Origin: a virus
Lineage: Duplodnaviria > Caudoviricetes
Reading direction: 5' to 3' (one strand)
Length of the DNA: 64,000 bases
IMG/VR virus record: IMGVR_UViG_3300021254_000025
Location: 44,944 to 108,943 of that record
In this document: positions 12,001 through 20,300 of the stretch, piece after piece
Layout of the letters: every line of letters begins with the position of its first letter
How positions within the stretch are numbered: the stretch's first letter is position 1
The notes under the pieces: generated by a model
The model's input: only the letters and a program-made list of their open reading frames with translations
The model's database searches: none
Told to the model about the DNA's origin: nothing
Position numbers and translations under genes: made by a program

Positions 12001-13080
12001 AACGCTGAATATAACGAAGACTTTAAGAAGTCTTCGGATGAACAGCGTCAGCAATTGATTAACGGCTGGGAAGACACATGGTATACCATGCTTGGTCAGC
12101 TGAGAACCTATTGGGATCAAGTAGATGAATCCATGCAATCCAGAGATGGGTTCCTTGAACTGCTGAAAACTCAGGATGAATATCTTAAGCTTTCAGATAC
12201 AGGACGGGAAAGCTATTTGTATCGAGCCGGAGAATTATATGATTCCTTTACAGCTTCGATGATAGATGATGCTACATTTAGTGATAATCATGAGATTATT
12301 GATACAATAAACGATCTGAAGGACTGGACATTTAATGTAAATATTGCCGGTCTTGGAAACTATGACTTTGGTGGTACTATAAGCGATTATGTCTACAATA
12401 GAGACAGAAGTGTTATACCTTATGAGTATGACTCAGATTATAAGGGTGTTGGGTATGTTGCTCCGCCTCCTGCGCCTACTCCTGCTCCAACGTCATCTTC
12501 TGGCGGTGGAGGATCAGGCGGCGAAAGCAAACCTGCTGCTACGGCGCCGAAGGCTAAAAAATACAGGTATACTTATACGTTCGACGGTTCTCCTAAACAT
12601 GGTATAAATTTTGAAAGCGAACAAGCAGCAAGACAGGATGCATCCGCTCGAATCACTAATGATTATTCTGTTGCAAAGTCAAAAGGAAAAGGCATAATGG
12701 CAGCATCTGTACTATATGCAGCTGCTCTAGGTTCTCTGAAAATCGAAGCATATAAGAAAGGCGGCTTAGTCGATTATACAGGACTTGCTATGGTACACGG
12801 AACTCCGCAAAAACCGGAAGCATTCCTGAGCGATGAAGACAGGGCTAATATGAGAGCAATGCTCGATGCGTTCAATTACGTAAAAGCACCTACTATGACT
12901 CATATTGATCCTTCTATGTATGGAACCACAACAAACAATTACGGCGATGTTAACATTACGATTAACGAAGCTAAGATTGATAACGATCAGGATATTTCTG
13001 CTCTCGCACAGAAAATCGGTAAAGAATTTACTAAGGAATTGTCGAAGAGTGGCTTCAACACTGCGTCTTACGCGTGGTGA
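1..13080 (+). CDS. Giant tape-measure polyprotein (5'-truncated) with an RNAP-like catalytic region, a PD-(D/E)XK domain and a TP901-type tape-measure core
   Basis: Frame 1 is open from base 1 (IKYKDDNGK...), so the gene starts upstream of the window. TP901/PhageMin_Tail-like core at ~4790-5700 (EFDASMNEIQAIT...LGDSAATTAAEIGKGM...GTQVGTALQTVFTRM). Hydrophobic segment at ~5700-5940, long coiled coils, and C-terminal YKKGGLVDYTGLAMVHGT..PEAFL. Lies immediately upstream of Dit/Tal. Confidence 0.9.
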   Translation: MKYKDDNGKLLPTEEIKKNIAEEIERSGGKIFANKTMKDAQGGIHWMSRQASQILGNSPEFVEMTTRAFLDEYARVGTMQGALDTVFAGNSEMRDLILATNGAVMGDKRIQDEIQGFRLGMLTRISQGDTILPRSLETSRAMAQPYFFNAIISGLKNINESGTGIIKDGETKSYYDTLYSQMSEDQRKTLGLLTMDDDEIAFQKLMASVVGISRYPATTRSAREVKNISVGNSQREKAIQKYLSDSGFDPDAFYISPSSPVMQLLQDADFDGDVMDLIGLAYTGKNKKGEKVAAAEILKKAYDLGIKKIDERGLSQAEADKIKEEFKHNVFGADDIDLNKGIDVMKVLVPAMQNGYFMGGPDATIRNAMQVPWDSTVLKAMSAAESQYSVNSIRNKTGIEMDTTPEQLEVLSKYRAFTEFFHIVDKNRDKYGNVSIPNLIESAKGSDGLLGAKFWSTNLPFNTMSSNVRSMMLSRYFAKQRGVDINKNYDWNYIFDSALGKKDESTALGRMQSALRDTWMGYLNADYLAIDEETIAKLGELRSAAIDEQAALVKNERDRQGKAFNEKGSNRAIAERVVNRLGGKVIQNALSGMAMSASHMHDEGVNDSIFTTLEAMKLPNVVGGLDFTKLLSAKTTPKAFEEMSEPTQNTKLARLLESFNLLTVDEKKRMIDNMPRLSFSSLSKFAYNPANFMEDLITGRENNSTLASTEIGQAAHTAIEHFMQLRMNASAPLSEDQLKAAQKEALDVFDEYLGLKKQGKGFKLPAGSRGLTDAERQTLKTSGTNLNDRYYALRQFLGGEGLLSIYPESDWQVVGIESSDVGKGPKTAAGNMIITGKGKKLTTDEDVGMTGSYDLRFRSRKDDQREVMADIKNYWKPSDDDWKKWRVQQAIYDSQLQKNGVNIGEVGIIEPYQNRIRKMIFSDADLNLSDDNVSRSINRIQQLAKENTSIGDVLDAAKFLRENMFGDIRESVADQIVNRKGSSKSGKFNTGSITDALWLHDRYNEAIEADEEIQSFVNKRTRERDKRTPDDVIWRSKYNQANLLLEQSKQEEIAGNTAQAKDLQARYDAAMSNLDLGLSQAVVLDTENFGEDIFRSIAGNSGTKAGRALVESYDKVQERFNNIRRDKDYLSERIDERNQDIEDASGRINSLKSQERELKEEKDILDRIQGYTDAINSSGLTTKEKGIAKRERTKLLNRHPELASSDEFFTISSAIKEGNDKLAAERLETAREKTTSRLQATQDLRKKQEEEMDLKVSEVEAMTKNLDAATQQEKLNEPFVQQYIKQLQGSATELLGNTFNSLTAMVDKEAAKPMDLAKNRLSFIEQINNAKVDAKDLFERGLISGTELTSRLSQAEHLLSNESLNQFDQNQIDAAKLKLGITQASKDEIYNKGLQERINVLNAQKELNARKAAQQFKEDRLTNPHARLSDYKKQVEDEYNSEVEKVTEQYKKDFESQNDLRQLQQGYAVNQITRRGNMMRMNRFGTSRNIATRAYSIYNNALTQAENRNVEAQSKLRAYEKETAGLKEGDNGYAEAQTNLAKLREEAQRASQDLSQLQSPFGKASATAAVFGQTIERVAARLGRQLFQKALQETKRFIKEFDASMNEIQAITLKSDSDMASVRSNTINKAIGLRTSVSNVANTEAALYRQGLSDQEVSNRTESIIKFATVTKLNVTEATKIITTALQNDLVPSAEQAMDALVALGDSAATTAAEIGKGMQKAAASAKVAGVSYAELTALLTVGTSDTQLSGTQVGTALQTVFTRMRRISLSGWTADQNGEKTTASDAEAALKSVGIDLFSDKNGQKMRTAYEVLSDLAGVWEKLSDVQKSVVTNALAGTRQTNIFSTLMEGMSEDGGKRIKEYLDLASNSGGITQSKYEIAMQSLAASLDTLKSSWDAVVESFVNSGVVTGALDIVSGFLQFAAGSDAFEQAGGVIVGTLTAIGGAILALKLKMPILAGLSAIVGLVAGIGTTGVLKTIFGGGSVETDEERFARESAADLANVNNYYSKSMSSLNNRRDIISEAQKKYDEYLKATESGNTISEKDARAKLISAMNDLGNAFPTIAPEVKNATTNLSEFSSALTKASDAADAEAARIHKETDEMTKQHQEVYGQQEYNKKFDETVIGGFDYGHLDREAIKYLSEAGADTTYYDENGDLQSHEIIDNFSTSQNIFSESNNPTLDKATGFVNLFNKSDVAKKIIGSYYKNDETMLSLLGTDPKKVKDLQASDQRIIAAAYDSFWKNRFKLDFSNEETYDAQRRTFNNDYIKELIGQWNLSDLATDTVSESTIQNIFTDKFFKMITDENGDIKDKYFIGDLLNVSAISAEIDNLKKKGSNYLLEGYTPEEIAQYRTSVDNAVDASLIDLRKKRPINQQREDLIAAVSTATNMSELKKSYEENDRAQEFANVLANSPELLSAYVMATGENPSITWEQFQDIASKAKIGYSQPVDIVKTAMSAMEADNAWASEFKNDDVFEVVYKNMQNIFGDMTDEILKAYENGEVSEEIEKYINQSISKNSLKPDTGLTQYTKKEIADLADKAMSSDYKSLAEYAQANNWTKSQYDAVNSIYGAEIDRYKNMTEAQRTDIEGLNLKRDFDVKIAVAGIDDLESANKVLQGTTQLIENLKKGGQFEIKAKLQMESDNYNFEQQVAMLQNGTSEEQMNALMSLNPGWSKARIEANMTEARANADRAIQDQREQTAGRLTQLAKTMGVDYAQQEAAKMGYKTKTNPILVKDALEEINKYAIYQPYQYDETTGALYWTSKDTGQRYAATPEFQNWFDRMAFGEFEPIGTTQDIDRENLAYGLQRSKTPYEIEQAQRVILSGDTNRIDELRKGNNELYQQAFNGLTQNQKDYLAIQDEYNSIMNHYGGSTDYLPGDQEKINRYNAMQTAAYADFGYKTRDEIYNAASLYNPITNPQFYNDYAAVVGSDIAERTKDQNYTLTAPEESYATLRMQRYAQGYDGITQIDKIQGAYDMIQSIEDGTYQDKYGKASEDMKKDFTSAATGLDELIDAYLSLDKNAVDYAEKEAIIKDRLTDTKAALKTAAVEAKGYGEANSKAAKSMGELAKGGLAQKKEIAQLTKQAKDYQDAITAAQKSTGKTGKQIAKDQVAVKQFGKIGFDKSDIEQWTKEEATEYSKLLEDSIQENFGTEMLQPLVQQALDEINAQPFEVRPKINMITDPQTGDLDFSQLAAVVAQYNESLAAALEIFNGILAEAHVRVIAQSDKEGNGDVKVVADSSTFKTARVKGGGRGGSYNNKGGGGGGGGGKSATDKLLEKQKQRISEIEHQSKMLEIQEKYLDFTNDYDNYGSNIDQQIANQERLRSAYAQSIQELKNQLATLERGSDDWNKANEQLMQYEENLENIKNTINDLGAKRITIVEQKQENEDKRGSHNLNMLSKMAARYQKSGQFESYEGIMEQTIEETRKQIHLNDKQITEWENLLKTFTENSDSWIQTRDKIWAMREENAELQNQMASDLIDLQEARISQIAEDLQNQKAPLEHRANMLDTYGQMYESVNDFTKYRGTLEGTIDTNRQMKEMTDAAIAQVKKQIDGMKESDPARQSAIQTLYELEEASAQYEASILSNQQAIEESLISELTQAHQDSGSILEHELKLLSEAEKEFVRNDDFVNYENILEEKARNASDRLKDQQNALEDYLALQNSGKITEGGQQWRELEDTIRSTKENVASLKNEWQEALQAIEKAKFTNLKETFAETYDLSQHQQKLVQYDQTKYQNNGQLTNYGTALEWEGKILEDQRDSIQNHIKDLEEQLKESKEFPELYKEITKEIMTWEEKLSDTNNRIEKNTELIEKNQDAIRKARIAVENEADKAIRAWIQKQRNMLSATVTMQNNIFAVISKNYQQQWALEQKTLDKKKQTLNEEKNLINERVNFRKKMMDQEAKDEELAEYRRQLALISQDTTRTREANELRRKIQEMEKEQAMQNAQDVANAEIQSLNDQSKAIDDYAATYQENLTELLSNINNFKDIIDGLLSGSFEDFVNWNAEYNEDFKKSSDEQRQQLINGWEDTWYTMLGQLRTYWDQVDESMQSRDGFLELLKTQDEYLKLSDTGRESYLYRAGELYDSFTASMIDDATFSDNHEIIDTINDLKDWTFNVNIAGLGNYDFGGTISDYVYNRDRSVIPYEYDSDYKGVGYVAPPPAPTPAPTSSSGGGGSGGESKPAATAPKAKKYRYTYTFDGSPKHGINFESEQAARQDASARITNDYSVAKSKGKGIMAASVLYAAALGSLKIEAYKKGGLVDYTGLAMVHGTPQKPEAFLSDEDRANMRAMLDAFNYVKAPTMTHIDPSMYGTTTNNYGDVNITINEAKIDNDQDISALAQKIGKEFTKELSKSGFNTASYAW
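631..835 (+). other. Two-barrel RNA polymerase (beta'-type DPBB) catalytic signature inside the tape-measure ORF
   Basis: GISRYPAT (RYP at 640-648) ... AFYISP ... LQDADFDGDVMDL (DADFDGD at 799-819) parallels RpoC LNRAPTL ... AIQLHP ... YNADFDGDQMAV. Confidence 0.75.
2020..2760 (+). other. PD-(D/E)XK (AddB/RecB-like) nuclease domain inside the tape-measure ORF
   Basis: Motifs in the canonical order: RLSFSSLSKF..NP, GQAAHTAIE, VVGIE, MTGSYDL, MADIKN, VQQAIY. Confidence 0.75.
9856..11450 (+). repeat. Five degenerate 105-111-aa repeats in the C-terminal part of the tape-measure protein
   Basis: Units begin HQSKML (9856), HNLNML (10171), HRANML (10498), HELKLL (10825) and HQQKLV (11158). Each has a (D/Q)(Y/F/L)xxY pattern followed by a coiled-coil hairpin. 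Confidence 0.65.
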
Positions 13081-13142
13081 TTTACGAATCGTTATGATTT
13101 CTTTGCTTTTCTTTAAGAATGGGTACTTTCGAAAATGACCGT

Positions 13143-13180
13143 AAAGGAGAGAGGAGCTTTACTGCTCCTCTCTCCTTTTA
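13143..13180 (+). terminator. Intrinsic terminator-like hairpin after the tape-measure gene
   Basis: AAAGGAGAGAGGAGC-tttact-GCTCCTCTCTCCTTT, a perfect 15-bp stem. Confidence 0.7.
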
Positions 13181-13206
13181 CCTATACAAAGAAAGGAGGA
13201 GCTTGA

Positions 13207-14313
13207 ATGCAGTGTGAAAAACTTATACGCGGCGGATTTTCTTTTTGCGGCGTGGATATTGCAGATCTTGGATTAAACTACGCACCGGAAAAAGAGAATA
13301 CCTATGTTTACCGTCCGGCTGAAACGACTATTCATGAAGAAACATTTGACGGTCATGATGGCGGATATTTTTATGGAGCTTCTAAGCAAATTAAAGAATT
13401 TATTCTTCGTTGCTATTTCGAAGAAGAAGCTATTGACCGTGGACTTATGGAACGTATTTATAACTTATTCAGAATGGGTAAGTCTGGGAAGCTTATTTTC
13501 TCACGCAGGCCGTGGTGTTACTATTATGCCACAGTGACAAGCTCCCCCGCCCCTGAACTTGCAAACTATTTAAACGGTACGATTACCATCACTATGAAAT
13601 CTTACTATCCGTTTGCAAGAAGCGATCTTTCATATAGTCCGGCTGATCCTAATGATGGCGGCGACAATACAATGCACGATCTGTTAATGAGAAGTACAGC
13701 GTTATTCGATAGACAGGAATTTATGACTCCCCTATCCTATTCGAATTTGACGACAAGCACTTCTTTATTACTACACAATCCAGGAACTGAAAGAGCAGAC
13801 GTGTCTATTGTTGCTGCTGGAGATGTAGGAGCCGGAATTACAATTCGAAACAAGACAACGAATCAGGAATGCAGAATTGTAGCTATGGATAAAGCTCATA
13901 CATCTAACTACAACAAAACTGTACGCATCGATGGTGTGAGTGGCAAGACTTCGTTGATCGATGAAGAAGGGAATGTTTCCCCTGCATATTTCTATCATGA
14001 GTCAGGATTTATTCAACTTGCGCCTGCGTATCCTATGCTTCGCGAGCTTTATATTGAAGCAATTTCCAATACGACTGTTCAACTTTATAACCGCATCTAT
14101 ACAGATGTGATTGGAAGTTATATTTACATCGGTGGCTCTTGGAGAAAAATAGTCGATCAGCCGACTGAAAATACTATCGTATTGGATCAGCATGCTTCCA
14201 AAACAAGTAATTACAGCACAGTAATTACAAAGATGAATGAGATTGAAATCATTCCTGATAATTCAATGGATTTAACTCATCTGAGTTTTTCCTATAAACC
14301 TACGTTTGCGTAA
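13207..14313 (+). CDS. Distal tail protein (Dit-like)
   Basis: Follows the tape-measure gene. GFSFCG N-terminus, G.DGGYFYG, GKLIF...YYYA, M.SYYPFA, NPGT. RBS AAAGGAGG. Confidence 0.8.
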   Translation: MQCEKLIRGGFSFCGVDIADLGLNYAPEKENTYVYRPAETTIHEETFDGHDGGYFYGASKQIKEFILRCYFEEEAIDRGLMERIYNLFRMGKSGKLIFSRRPWCYYYATVTSSPAPELANYLNGTITITMKSYYPFARSDLSYSPADPNDGGDNTMHDLLMRSTALFDRQEFMTPLSYSNLTTSTSLLLHNPGTERADVSIVAAGDVGAGITIRNKTTNQECRIVAMDKAHTSNYNKTVRIDGVSGKTSLIDEEGNVSPAYFYHESGFIQLAPAYPMLRELYIEAISNTTVQLYNRIYTDVIGSYIYIGGSWRKIVDQPTENTIVLDQHASKTSNYSTVITKMNEIEIIPDNSMDLTHLSFSYKPTFA

Positions 14314-14318
14314 AGGAA

Positions 14319-17300
14319 GTGAAAGGGATGCAACGCAAAAGGAAGTTATGTTTAACTATATATGATTATAACAACAATGTAGTATGTGATTTATATGATA
14401 ACAAATCAGACGTTTCCGGTCAGGCTACGGATGTTTACATTGACAAAGAACGCAACGGCTGGAAAGAATTATCTTTTACCATTCCTTCTACGTGCATAGG
14501 CGAAGATGGTTTAGAAGAAAACTATAGACTTAATTATTTAATTGCTGAGTATCAGATAAAAGCTGTGGATGATAAAGAAATAGACTGGTATGTTATTTCA
14601 GAACCAAACATAACAAGGAATAATTTTTCCAAGAATGTTTCCGTTAAAGCCGGTCATGTTTCGCAACTTCTGAAACACAAGAATCTTGATCTCGAATTTT
14701 CAGATGACGAAGGAAATAATGTTGGCACGGCTGAAGCCTTGTTAACGACAGTTCTTGAAGGTTCCAGCTGGAATGTCGGATATGTTGAGAATTTCCTCGA
14801 CGATAACGGAGAGGTTAAAATTCGTTCTATTACCGGCCCATCAGGAACAGGAGCTCTTGGATTTATTGAAAAGATCTGCGATGTATTTGAAGCAAAGCCG
14901 ATTTATCACGGCGATACGAAAACCGTAGATCTTATCAGCATGAATCCTTTAAGAGATATTGATCCAAGACAGATTCCTGCCAAGGTTCGGGATGAATTTA
15001 ATGTTCTTGAACTTCACTATGACAGAAACATTCACAGTTTAAGCAAGACAATCAATACAAACAGCATGGCAACGAGGTTATATGCATATGGTTCATCCGG
15101 AGACATGAACGGTGCATGTACATTACAAAATGCCAAACATTTTGAATGGCAGTTCACAGCACCGGAAACCGGAGACGAATACAGCATGAACCTTGAAGGA
15201 ATAGATAATTTCTTTCAAGGAAACGTGGATATTGGAGACGTTCTTATCTGGAGCAACATGGATATTACATCCATGACATATATCTGGAATCAAACCAAAG
15301 GTGAAGCATATGAATTATATGACAAGCCTAAAGGACGATATGTTCAACTTGTTCAACAGGATGTTTATCAGACAGAAAATAATTTTGCCTATTTGCTTGG
15401 GTTGAAATATTACCGTGATGTCGGTCTTATGTCTGATGAAACATTCCAGCAAGTTGCAAGATTCCAGAAGGAAATGCCGGAATATTATAAGATCGTTAAA
15501 GAGAAATCTGAATCTTATATAAAAGGCGAATCCGATTTAAGCGCCATTGCTGAACATAATACGGGCCTGCTGAAATTGAAAATCAGTTCAGTAGACGTTG
15601 AAACAGAAAGTGGAATTCCTTCAGAAGCATGGCCGCAGAAGTTCACAATTGACATTGATGAAGGCGACCACGGTGTACTTTACCGCACAGACTACGATAA
15701 AGCAGAACGAAGGTTTTTCCAGTGGCATGTAACAAGCCAACTGAAAGCTAATGGAGATCCGGTAACAGGAACACCAAGCGTATTGTTATTTATCCATAAC
15801 ACAGATCCTATTACTTGGGATATGGTTTATTTAAAACGTATCTATGACAGTAATGGAGAATTGGTAGTTAACAGCGAAGGTAAACCGGATGATTTTACTT
15901 ATACAACCGGAGACTTCCCTACCGCTGTGACTGTATGGGGTAACAATGTTAAATTCCAGACAAGCGACAGGGTTTACTTATTATGCACTAATAGTATGAC
16001 AGGTTTACTTGGCGGCCGCTTAAATGGAATCGAAGCATTAATCGAAAATCTCTACGCGACAACAAGAAAACATCCGACAACATTCTTTGATCTGGATGAT
16101 CCAACGCTTGTTCTTCCCTCTCCTTCAAACAACGAATATGAATGGTTGTATAAATACCACCATGACATGAGGGATGGAGAACTCTGGTTCTGCTGGGCCG
16201 CAAAAGGCGAAAGCATCTGGTACAGAGTATACTATGAAGACACCTTCCCTCTTGGCGTGGAAGGTGATTATTATTATGACCAGAAGCGCAAATGGCTTTG
16301 GAGGTTTACAAACGGCGATTGGACTAAATATGAATCCGTGCCGGATCAAAGCGTTGCTGATATGTTCTCTGAGGTAATCTATCTCTGCAAAAGAAGAGAT
16401 ATGTTATACAAAGGTCTTTATAAATACTATCAGTATAACGGTTATGTACCTGTTGGGAATTATGCTTTCTCAGACGGGTATGGATCATTCTGGACATTTA
16501 AAACCAAGAAAGATACGAATATTAAATTATTACTTAACACTGTTCTTGGATATGTCTTCCAGGATGATTCCGATGAAGTAGTATCTTTTTCGACTGTTGA
16601 ATCAGATACAGTATTCTATCCTCTCGAAAACGAACTGGAAGGCAAAACTTTATATAATGGGTCTATCGATCCTTCCAACGGTGTCGAGCAGGATGTTTCA
16701 AACAGATTCAGAACCGGAACAATCCGCGTATGGGAAGACACAAGGTATAACTACGATCTTCCTGACGGAACCTTTGTTCATTACTATGATGTGAACCTGA
16801 GATATCTTGGAGTTAACGGATTAAGTGGCGAAGGATCTTTCGTAACATTACCGCAAACAAGGTATATCAGATTCACTACAAATGTTCAGCAACCTGGCGG
16901 ATATGTTCATGTTGAAAACTACGATAATGTTTTTTACATGAACGAAGAACAATATTCTATTTTGGCTCCTGTTTATACAGATCTTGCCAATGTACCTGAA
17001 GATCAGGAGTTAATTGGTATCGATCCTTTGATGAAGAAGTTTGCAGATCTTGCAGATAAGACTTATGAAGAAGACTTAACGGCACTGAGAAATGCGCAGA
17101 CTCATATCAAAGAACAGGAAAACCTGTTATCCGATTCTTTAGGCGATATGCTTAAAGATGGTAGATGGCAGGATGCTAACTATATTTACGGTGACGAACA
17201 GCGTCTCTATAAAGATGCTATGACTATGTTCAAGCAAATTTCAGAGCCTGAGGTCAGCTACTCTTTCACGTTCCTTGATCTGTTTGGAACTCATCAGGAA

Positions 17301-20300
17301 GAGTACTATGAAACCCATGACGCTGAATGGCCTGACGTAGACATTGTAGATATATGCCATCTTGTTGATCAGGAATCCAAGACTAACTGTTGGGCATACA
17401 TCGAAAAACTTCATAAGTGTTACGACCAGGAATGGAAAACAACTCTTGATATCGATACTAAACTTACTATAGCATCCAAGCATAACTTCTCAGATGTTCT
17501 TGGGCGAATTGCTGAAGTAGCAAAAGATATCAGAGCGAAACAATCTATTTACGAACAATCGTTCACACGGCCTGTCGACAGCTCAAGATTACAGGGCATT
17601 ATCGACATCAATCAGAATATGTTGAACGGTGGTTCATCCAACTGGCATACCGACGAGAAAGGCAACATAATCTTTGAGGCTGCAGACGGACTCTCCGCTA
17701 TGATCTTGGGCGGCCGTGGAATGGGCGTAGCCAACTCACGTAACGCAGACGGATCGTGGGAATGGAGAACCGCTGCAACCGGTTATGGTCTGACAGCAGA
17801 TGAAATCAATACCGGAAAATTGTCTGCTGATCTTATTGAAGTTGGTTCTATTACAGCCGATAAGTTAATGAGTAATGTTGGACAGGAACTCGAAATCGGA
17901 AGCAATAAAGCATTGCAATTATTTGCAACCACAAACGGTTCCAGACCGGCAGGCTCATTACTTACAACCGACGCTAAAATAGAAATCAAGGCTGGATATG
18001 AAGAAGACGGCACTACAGTTCCGGCTGAAATCAATATTGCCTCCGGAGGAGAACTCAATCTCGAAGGCGGAAATGTTAATATTTCATCCGGTGGAACTTT
18101 AAATTTACAATCCACAGGAGCTTTCTATTTACGTGCAAAAGGTGCCGATAATATTAATTCTACAGCGGATGGTATTTATATCGGCACGGATGGAATGAAT
18201 CTCGGCGGTGGAAAGTTTAAAGTTGCTTTCAGCGGCGATACTTCTACAGTTAATATTACGGCTGCTTATTTTGCAGTTGGAGACTCTGCAAGAAAAGTTG
18301 CAGAATTCAGCGTTGATTCCAACAATGGTGTTATTAATATCCTTGCAGACAATCTTATTAATATTGCAGCAGGAAATACATTAACGCTTGTTTCCAATGG
18401 CGGCGGAGTGGTTATAGGTAATATAGGTCAAACATTTACAATTGACTCAGACACTGTAAATGCATATATCTATAACAGAATTTCTTCTCTTAATCCAACT
18501 AACGCCAGTGATGAGCTTGTTCCATTTGGTTCACTCGTACCCGGTATTTATGTCGGTACAGACGGTATTAACATTGCGAACATGGTGAAACTTGGAGCAG
18601 ATGGAAACGCAAAGTTCACAGGTGAAGTAAATGCCAATTCAGGTTTGATTGGTGGAATCCACATCGGAACTGCTGGTATATACAGTGGAAACAAGAGTTC
18701 TGCCGCTGCAGAATCGAACGGATTCTATATCGACAGCCTTGGTGCCATATATATCGGTCCACATGATCAAATAGGGTATTGTCCTTTCCAAGTGACAAAC
18801 GATGGATCTTTAAGAGCTGTTAAAGGCAATATTGCAGGCTGGTATATCAGGTCTGATTATCTTGGAAACGCAGAAACAAAGGATGACAGCACTATTGGTA
18901 TTGCCAATGCTACCGGTTCGAATATCGTATTCTGGGCTGGAGGAAACTACAACAGCAATCCTGATGCACCTAAGTTCATGGTGCAAGCCAACGGAACCTT
19001 AATCTCAACTCTTGGAAATATCGGCGGCTGGTATATAGGAGATTCCTATATAGGCAATAACTCAAGCAAAGAAGTCAGTACTGTTGGTATGGCGTTCTAT
19101 CCAATTACAGCAGACGATAGCAGTGTTGTATTTTGGGCTGGTGGAGCTTTCAGCAGCACTCCTTACTTTAGAGTAACCAAAGGCGGAATACTTTATGCTG
19201 TGGGTGCTGTTATTTCAGGAGATGCACACTTCTCCGGAACAATAGACGCAGGAGCAGTAGTTTCTTGTAACATCAGTGCTGATAGAATCACATCAGGAGC
19301 AATGAGCGCTGATCGTATCTATGGCGGAACTTTAACATTAGGCGGTGAAAACGGTAAGTTCGGCCGTCTTGTCATTAAAGATTCTCATAATGAAGATATA
19401 GGATATTGGGATAGAAGCGGTATCACAGCTTTAGCTGGAACAATCAGTGGTCCTGCTATTTCAGCTTGTGAAATCAGCGGTTCAACAATATCTGGTTCGA
19501 CCATCTCCGGTGGTTCTATCGTTGGTTCGAGCATTGACATCGGTGATGGAAACTTCACTGTTAATAATTTGGGACACGTAACAATGAAGAAATTAGTTAT
19601 TGATGGTACACCGGTGGATGTGTCGGATTTTGATAAAGCCGTCGCATATGGAAGTGGCGCATGGGACGGCACAACTTTTAATGCCACGTTTAATTTCTTT
19701 AAAGGTAAGATATCAAGAACAGTAGGAATATCATCATCAGTTGATGTAACATATATTTCTAGTCTCATGCCGTGGGCTGAAGGCGGATATGAGGGATATG
19801 CACTTGGAACTGTTGGCCTTGATCTGTATGTCAGCGGAGTAAAACGTTCAGAAGCTATAGAACGCGTTATGTTTGATGCATCGAAGTTATATAGTGCAGC
19901 ATGGGATCAAGCTCGTGAAGCTGTTTCGTATGAACCAGGTGCAAAAACAATTTATGTTCCAAGAAAAGGCGGCTTTAAAGGGCAAGACGTAGAATCATAT
20001 GATATAACTGCAACATGGACCGCCGGAGAACAAAGAGTATCTGCTGTAAGTGCAACTTTTTTCGGACTTCCTACAGATCCAACTCTTTCTGTTTTACTTT
20101 CTAACAGTAAAACGACAGCTAATGTACCAATGAATGGATTTAGCGATGTAAAAAACGCAATATGGCAAGATGGATATGATGCAGGCGCTGAAGATGCTGG
20201 TTCTTATAATGATGGCTGGAATGACTGTCTCGCTGCATGTACTTCACATACCTATTATACAGGAACATGGTATGACAAACTTTATGTTGCCCCAGCGATA

